Positions 58,648-64,000 of a DNA stretch of 64,000 nt are shown here, one piece after another. Within the stretch, counting starts at the first letter, position 1, and each line of letters starts with the position of its first letter. The DNA comes from Chloroflexota bacterium (GTDB lineage Bacteria > Chloroflexota > Dehalococcoidia > UBA2979): assembly GCA_027593235.1 (NCBI GenBank), contig JAQCIU010000018.1, positions 1-64,000 on the forward strand, in the 5' to 3' direction. The position numbers and the translations under genes were made by a program. Under the pieces are notes generated by a model. The model was not told where the DNA came from. It saw nothing but the letters and a program-made list of their open reading frames with translations, and made no database searches.

Positions 58648-59903
58648 TCAACGCTCGAGTATCGATATCCACCCGCCTGCTTGCGCTGGCGTTGACTGCG
58701 CTGGTCGTGTCGTTCGCCGCTGCCTGCGGTGGCGGCGATGGAGACGCGCCCCCACCTGACGGTGACCCCGGAAACGGGTCCGCCGGATCAGGCGGCGCGG
58801 CACCCTCCGATCGGGGCGGCTCCGGCGGCAGCCCGAACGTCGGCGGCGGTGGTGGCGGCGCCCCATCGATGACGCTCGAGGAGGCGGTCGCGGCTGGCCA
58901 GACGACCGTCCTCCGGCGAACGACGATCCTCGACACCGATCCCCTCGGCATCGCCGGCCCCGCGTTCACGCTCCTCGTGCCCGAAGGCTGGACCGCCGCC
59001 GGTGGCCCCGTCTGGCGGCACCAGTACTCCAACCTCGTCACCTTCGAGGGCGGCGTCTCGAGCCCGGATGGCTTCCACGGCGTTCAGTTCTTCCCGATCT
59101 TCCCGCAGATCTGGCAGGACGGCGGCATCCCGTTCTTCCCCGAGGGAACGACCTACCTCGGGAACGACGTGCGCCCGCCTATCCGCGACGCCGCGCTGTT
59201 CCTCGAAACGTTGATCTTGCCGAACTACCGCGCCGCCTTCGCGCCCCGGATCATCGCGCGCGAAGCGCTGCCGGACGTGGCCGCGCTCTACGTCGCGCGC
59301 ACGCTCCCCGGCACCGATGTGATCGCCGAGCGCCTGCTCACGGAGCACAACGCCAACGGCGTGACGATGTACGAGGAGTTCACGATCGTCCTCTCGTTTA
59401 CGCCGAACCCGGGGATCCCCGGCGCGCTGATCTGGAGCCCGGAGCAGATCTTCGCGTTGCGTGCCCCGGCCGCGGACTTCGACGAGGCCCGTCCCGTCCT
59501 CCACGCGATCGCCTCGTCGGTGGCGATCAACCTCGAATGGTTCGCCGGCTACCAGTACGCGCTCGGGCTGTCCGTTCAGAACGGCTTCGACGCAATCAAA
59601 GCGGCAGGCGAGGCGTCGCGGATCATCTCCCAGTCGAACGCCGAGATCAGCGACATCATCATGAACACGTACAACGAGTCGCAGGCCTCGAGCGACCGTA
59701 TCAACGACGCCTTTAGCCAGACGATTCGCGGTGTGGACACCTTCGTCGACCCGTTCGACGGCGGCACCTTCGAACTGCCGAACGAGTTCAACTACGCGTA
59801 CGGATTCGAAGACGGCAAGGTGATCCTGACCAACGAGCCGGGTCTCGACCCGAAGGATCTCTTCCCCGGCGAGGTCTTCCAGCTACTCGAGGTGAGTCGC
59901 TAG
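58644..59903 (+). CDS. Hypothetical lipoprotein
   Basis: FAAAC lipobox, Gly-rich linker, C-terminal FSQTIRGVDTFVDP; ATGA overlap. Confidence 0.85.
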   Translation: MINARVSISTRLLALALTALVVSFAAACGGGDGDAPPPDGDPGNGSAGSGGAAPSDRGGSGGSPNVGGGGGGAPSMTLEEAVAAGQTTVLRRTTILDTDPLGIAGPAFTLLVPEGWTAAGGPVWRHQYSNLVTFEGGVSSPDGFHGVQFFPIFPQIWQDGGIPFFPEGTTYLGNDVRPPIRDAALFLETLILPNYRAAFAPRIIAREALPDVAALYVARTLPGTDVIAERLLTEHNANGVTMYEEFTIVLSFTPNPGIPGALIWSPEQIFALRAPAADFDEARPVLHAIASSVAINLEWFAGYQYALGLSVQNGFDAIKAAGEASRIISQSNAEISDIIMNTYNESQASSDRINDAFSQTIRGVDTFVDPFDGGTFELPNEFNYAYGFEDGKVILTNEPGLDPKDLFPGEVFQLLEVSR

Positions 59904-59945
59904 CTGATCGCTCGGCCGCGCCGGGCGATCAGACCGCTCGGCACT

Positions 59946-59997
59946 AGCCCCGCGCTAGAGCGCTTGGAACCAGCCCCGCGCTACAGCGCTTGAAACC
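59946..59997. repeat. 26-bp tandem duplication spanning the MBL gene stop
   Basis: agccccgcgctagagcgcttggaacc / agccccgcgctacagcgcttgaaacc. Confidence 0.8.
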
Positions 59998-60829
59998 AAC
60001 GCCGGCCCTCGGCACGCACCACATGCCCGAATCCCGGCTCCGGGAAGTGCTCGGCGATCAGCACCATCCCCTCCGCTTCGATCCGTTCGAGGAGTCCTTG
60101 CCGCGTCGCGATCCCCTGCGCGCGATCCAGGTCCGAGCTGAACTCGCGCCACGGCTCGCTCACGTAGAGCGGATGGTTGAAGACGTCGCCGCTGATCACC
60201 GCGCGCTCACCCTTCGAGGCGATCACGATCGCCATGTGCCCCGGCGTGTGCCCCGGCGCCTCGATCGCCGTCACCTCCGGCGTCAGCGCCGTCTCGCCCG
60301 GCAACAGATCGAGGACATCGAGGCTCCGCAGCGGCCGGACGAATCGCTCGACATAACGCGATACGGGGTCGCGGCCGGTGAACTCCTGCCAGTCGCGTTC
60401 GTGCAGCAGGTAACGGGCATTGGCGAAGCGGGCGCGACCCTCCTCTTCGACCATGCTCCAGGCCACGTGGTCGGGATGGCAGTGCGTGAAGAAGACGGTG
60501 TCGACCTCGTCAAACCCCGCGCCCACGTCCGTCAGCGCGTCCGGTAGGCGGCCGTGCATGCCGCGGTAACGCGGGTAGGGCCCAACGCCCACACCGAGGT
60601 CAACGACGATCGTCCGCCCCGCGGATCGAATCAGGTAGTTGTTGTTGTGGATCCGCCAGTGGTGATCCACCCCGTGCACCGACTCCGGATTCCGCTCCGC
60701 GATCGGCGCCCAGTCGATCGGCGCTTCGCCGTCAGCCGCGTACCCGGCGTGACCTCCGAGGTCGGCCGGGCCGTCCGGCAACGCCCACACCTCGACATTC
60801 CCGACCTGCAGTCGGGCGCCACGGCTCAT
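59981..60829 (-). CDS. MBL-fold metallo-hydrolase
   Basis: THCHPDH, PGHTPGH, GDV, HFP. Confidence 0.92.
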   Translation of the reverse strand: MSRGARLQVGNVEVWALPDGPADLGGHAGYAADGEAPIDWAPIAERNPESVHGVDHHWRIHNNNYLIRSAGRTIVVDLGVGVGPYPRYRGMHGRLPDALTDVGAGFDEVDTVFFTHCHPDHVAWSMVEEEGRARFANARYLLHERDWQEFTGRDPVSRYVERFVRPLRSLDVLDLLPGETALTPEVTAIEAPGHTPGHMAIVIASKGERAVISGDVFNHPLYVSEPWREFSSDLDRAQGIATRQGLLERIEAEGMVLIAEHFPEPGFGHVVRAEGRRWFQAL

Positions 60830-60845
60830 CGCCTGACCTCGGAGG

Positions 60846-62207
60846 TCACGCGGGCGGGGTCACGTCGCGCATGCTCGCCTGGGCGAGTTGGATGATGTCG
60901 CCGAAGCCGCGTGCCGCACGCCAGAACAGGTACGCCAGGGTCACGATTACCCCGAGCGCCAGCGACCCCGCAATCGCCATCATCCAGTAGTAGGCGTCGC
61001 CCGAGAGGCTGTCGACGAAGAGGCGCGCGCCCGCGCGCAGCGCGGTCGCGACCGCGAGGGCGATCGCCAGACCAGTGCCGCGCCACGCGGCCGGCGGACG
61101 GCGCAGTCGCTCCCCGGCGAACTCCGGGAGGATGAGTTGCGCCATCCCCACGATCGCGGTCGTGACGACCCCGAGGCCGATGATGTGCCGCACCGCATCG
61201 AACGTCCCGAACTCGACCGGTCGTCCGTTCGCGAGCGCATTCAGCGCTGCCCCAATCAAGAGCAGGTTCGCAATCGTGCACCACGCCATCGCCAGTTGGA
61301 GCGTCAGCGCGAACGGTTGCGAACCGGGCCGCAGCCGGATCGGACTGCGCCACCAGCCGGTGAAGAACGTCAGCCATACAAACGCCGCGCCAAGCAGCAC
61401 GAGCCCGATCGCCTCCAACGCCCACGGCCGCGGCCCCACCGCGACATCGATCACTGCGGCCGTGCCCGCCATCGCCAGCCCGACCTGCGCGAGGGCGATC
61501 GCCGCCCGCTGTGGGCGGGGGCCACGGCGTGTTGCAGCGAAAAACACCGGGAACGTACGTAGCCCCACCGCGAAGATGAACATCAGGTGCAGCCCAAAGA
61601 ACTGCAGGAGCAAGATCGCCTCGTCCCGATCCCCCGCCAGGATCGTGCGGTCGTTCTGCCACAACTCGGTCAGCCAGACCGCGTTGTGGATCGCCGCCAC
61701 CAGGAACCAGAGCCCGCCCGCCGTGAACAACAGCGCGCTCGGATCGCCGCGCCGCACGGCCGGCCCGGCGGTACCGAGGATGATCGCCGCGAAGCAGGCG
61801 ATGCCCGCCAACTCCATCCACCCGCTGAGCGCCATCAGCACCGCGAACGCCTCCACATCGGCGACCGGCTGCCCGACGAAGCGCGCGAGCACGCCCCCAC
61901 CGAGGAGGTAGAACCACGGCGCGACCAGCCGGGGCAGCGCCAGCGCGTGACCACAGAACCGCGGCACGATCCGGTAGCTGACGCCCACGATGAAGAAGCC
62001 GGCGAACCCGACCGCCTGCAGGTGGCCGTGCACCTGTGCGTGCTCCACCCAGCTCAGGCCGACCCCTCGCAGCAGCGCGTCCAACGGGAGCGCCAGTGCC
62101 AGCGAGAAGCCACCGAGGAGCGCGATCACGAACGCGCCGATCACAAACGGCAGGTGCACGCGCTCGACAAAGAGCGCGCCACCTTGCCCGCTGGTCGGCG
62201 GTTGCAT
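60846..62207 (-). CDS. NnrS-like polytopic membrane protein
   Basis: QVHGHLQ..GF...G..YR..PRF, DAVRH...LG; many TMs. Confidence 0.75.
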   Translation of the reverse strand: MQPPTSGQGGALFVERVHLPFVIGAFVIALLGGFSLALALPLDALLRGVGLSWVEHAQVHGHLQAVGFAGFFIVGVSYRIVPRFCGHALALPRLVAPWFYLLGGGVLARFVGQPVADVEAFAVLMALSGWMELAGIACFAAIILGTAGPAVRRGDPSALLFTAGGLWFLVAAIHNAVWLTELWQNDRTILAGDRDEAILLLQFFGLHLMFIFAVGLRTFPVFFAATRRGPRPQRAAIALAQVGLAMAGTAAVIDVAVGPRPWALEAIGLVLLGAAFVWLTFFTGWWRSPIRLRPGSQPFALTLQLAMAWCTIANLLLIGAALNALANGRPVEFGTFDAVRHIIGLGVVTTAIVGMAQLILPEFAGERLRRPPAAWRGTGLAIALAVATALRAGARLFVDSLSGDAYYWMMAIAGSLALGVIVTLAYLFWRAARGFGDIIQLAQASMRDVTPPA

Positions 62208-63040
62208 CACTCGAGGACGAGCGGCGTGTCTTCCTGGTTCGACCATTCACCCATCGATCCGTCGTAGTTCCGCGCCTGCTCGTTGCCAAGCAACGCCAGC
62301 ACGAACGGCGCGAAGGCGCCGCGGATCCCTGACTGGCAGTAGGTCACTGCCGGGGCGGTCGGATCGATCCCGGCTCCCACGATCTGCGCACGGATCTCGT
62401 CGAGCGGCCGGAAGCGGCGCGCCGGAGGGCCCTGCATCAGGTGACGCCATTCCAGGTGGATCGCACCGGGCACCCGGCCGACCCGCTTGTTGCCGCGGCT
62501 CTCGGTGCCCGCCCATTCCTCGTCGCTGCGCGTGTCCCAGATCTGCGGCCCGCCACCGTTGCCGGCGAAGCTCTTCAGCTCGTCCAGCATGCAGACCGTC
62601 GAGTCATCCACCTTCGAGGCGAAGTTCCCCGCCTCGGGGCGTGGCGCGCGCGAGGTAAGTGCGCGGCCCTCGTCGAGCCAGGCGTTGAATCCGCCATCCA
62701 CGACTCGGACGTTCCGGTGGCCGTGGTAGCGCAGCACCCACCACACACGCGCGGCGTGCAGCGACGCGTTGTCGTCGTAGATGATCACTTCCTGATCGTT
62801 CGAGAGGCCCCATGAACGAGCCAGCGGCTCGAATTCCTCCGGTGGCATCACCAGGTTCCGGTTGCCGTGGCTCTTCAGGTACGGGTGCGGCAGGCCAACC
62901 GCGCCGGGAATGTGCACGCGCCGGTAGGCGACCGCCTCGCCCGCATCGATCAGCACGAACTCGGGGTTCTCGAGGCGGTCCGCCAGCCACTGCGTGGTGA
63001 CGAGCATCGGACTGGTGGCGTTCGGGTCGAGGTCAGGCAT
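62207..63040 (-). CDS. Sulfurtransferase (two-domain rhodanese, SseA-like)
   Basis: LVTTQWL, HIPGA, YCQSGIR, YDGSMGEW. Confidence 0.93.
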   Translation of the reverse strand: MPDLDPNATSPMLVTTQWLADRLENPEFVLIDAGEAVAYRRVHIPGAVGLPHPYLKSHGNRNLVMPPEEFEPLARSWGLSNDQEVIIYDDNASLHAARVWWVLRYHGHRNVRVVDGGFNAWLDEGRALTSRAPRPEAGNFASKVDDSTVCMLDELKSFAGNGGGPQIWDTRSDEEWAGTESRGNKRVGRVPGAIHLEWRHLMQGPPARRFRPLDEIRAQIVGAGIDPTAPAVTYCQSGIRGAFAPFVLALLGNEQARNYDGSMGEWSNQEDTPLVLE

Positions 63041-63162
63041 GGCTGGGTCCTTCATCGCGATCGAGGGGTGCCGGTGATCTGTAGCAGAAAACCTGCCGCG
63101 TCGGCCGTTGTCCACCTGTGCGCACGATGGTGCCGAACCGCAACGTCAGGCGCGAGCGCGAA

Positions 63163-63555
63163 TCAGGCGGGATCGAGGTCGATCGCGACGATCACCGCCC
63201 GATCGCCAAGGCGCGACAGACCTCGTTCGAGCGAGCTGCCGCGAAATGCGGCCAGCGCCGGAGCAGCAGCGTCAGCGCTGGCGGGCAGCGCTCGGGCGGT
63301 CCCGCTGCGAGCATCGCCTCGGATCCGCAGCGTCACCGGGGCAGCCTGTCGCACGTTCCTCCACCAGCTCCACCCGCGCCGGCTGAGCACGTAGACGTGC
63401 TCGCCGGACCGCGCGTACTGCACCGGGGTCGTGTAGCGGCGACCGCTGCGCTGGCCGGTAACGGTAATCAACATCACCCCGGGTATCAGCCGTTGCAGCG
63501 GGCTGCGCAGGATCTGCACCACCACCGGGTTCACGAAACGGTTCATCAGGCCCAT
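63163..63555 (-). CDS. Nitroreductase / deazaflavin-dependent oxidoreductase (DUF385-like)
   Basis: ITVTGQRSGRRYTTPV, WWRNV. Confidence 0.85.
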   Translation of the reverse strand: MGLMNRFVNPVVVQILRSPLQRLIPGVMLITVTGQRSGRRYTTPVQYARSGEHVYVLSRRGWSWWRNVRQAAPVTLRIRGDARSGTARALPASADAAAPALAAFRGSSLERGLSRLGDRAVIVAIDLDPA

Positions 63556-63672
63556 CCGGAAAAGCTACCGCTGGCAGCCCGGTCGAACAGGGCCAAACCG
63601 CCCGCTCGGATGGGACCGGCGGCGGCTGATCGACCGGTCGGCGGTTGGTGTTGGTCCTGTTAGGTTGCGCCG

Positions 63673-64000
63673 ATGGAGATGACCAATCGCGCTGCGCCCG
63701 TCTCCGAGCGTCGGTTGCTGGTCGGCGTCCCGCTGCCCGTCATCGCCGTCGCGCTCGCCGTCGCCGCCACCCTCCTCGGCGACTCGATGCTCTACGCCGT
63801 GATGCCCTCCCGGCCCGACGCCTGGGCGCTCTCCGTGCCGGCTGTCGGCATCCTGCTCTCCGCGAATCGATTCGTGCGGCTCGTGACCAACTCGGTCGCG
63901 GCCGTCGTCTTCGAACGGTTCGGACCGCGCGCCCCGTTCACCTTCGCGCTCGTGCTCTCCGTCGTCGTCACGTTCTCCTACGGCTGGGCAACGGCGTTCG
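63673..64000 (+). CDS. MFS transporter (5' part; runs off the window)
   Basis: My translation: LLGDSMLYAVMP...VGILLSANRFVRL. Confidence 0.8.
   Translation, partial: MEMTNRAAPVSERRLLVGVPLPVIAVALAVAATLLGDSMLYAVMPSRPDAWALSVPAVGILLSANRFVRLVTNSVAAVVFERFGPRAPFTFALVLSVVVTFSYGWATAF

Overview
High-GC bacterial chromosome segment. The lineage is probably Chloroflexota (Dehalococcoidia/Tepidiformales-like), inferred from gene style and not demonstrated. The left third (1-21.5 kb) is an accessory region holding two mirror-image small integrative elements. Each has the layout [CGNR-type Zn-finger gene] divergent from [primase/ATPase -> small coupled ORF(s) -> large serine recombinase (LSR)]. Element A points left; its LSR runs off the window and was missed by the ORF track. 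Element B (about 10.8 kb) is bounded by a 17-bp direct repeat (10680-10696 and 21485-21501). Joining its ends rebuilds a 48-bp dyad attP centred on GG, whose core resembles a tRNA 3' end. In the integrated state LSR-B reads in frame through attR into a 5'-truncated HDOD gene (759-aa fusion); excision would replace the HDOD domain with a 17-aa tail. Element B carries a sigma-70 factor, a heliorhodopsin pseudogene, an SDR-DUF2867 protein, a cupredoxin and gene fragments. Three nuclease-fold genes lie just left of it. The rest is core-like: an ABC/MacAB efflux system with a two-component pair, flavin oxidoreductases, an IS5-family element, rbsK, pdxH, a penicillin acylase, two tRNA-Ser genes, nadA-thioesterase-nadB-nadC with NrtR boxes, nrtR, miaB, SET, AKR, surface proteins, and an NnrS/rhodanese cluster. 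Four otherwise continuous genes each contain a single in-frame TAG, although TAG is also a normal stop codon here.
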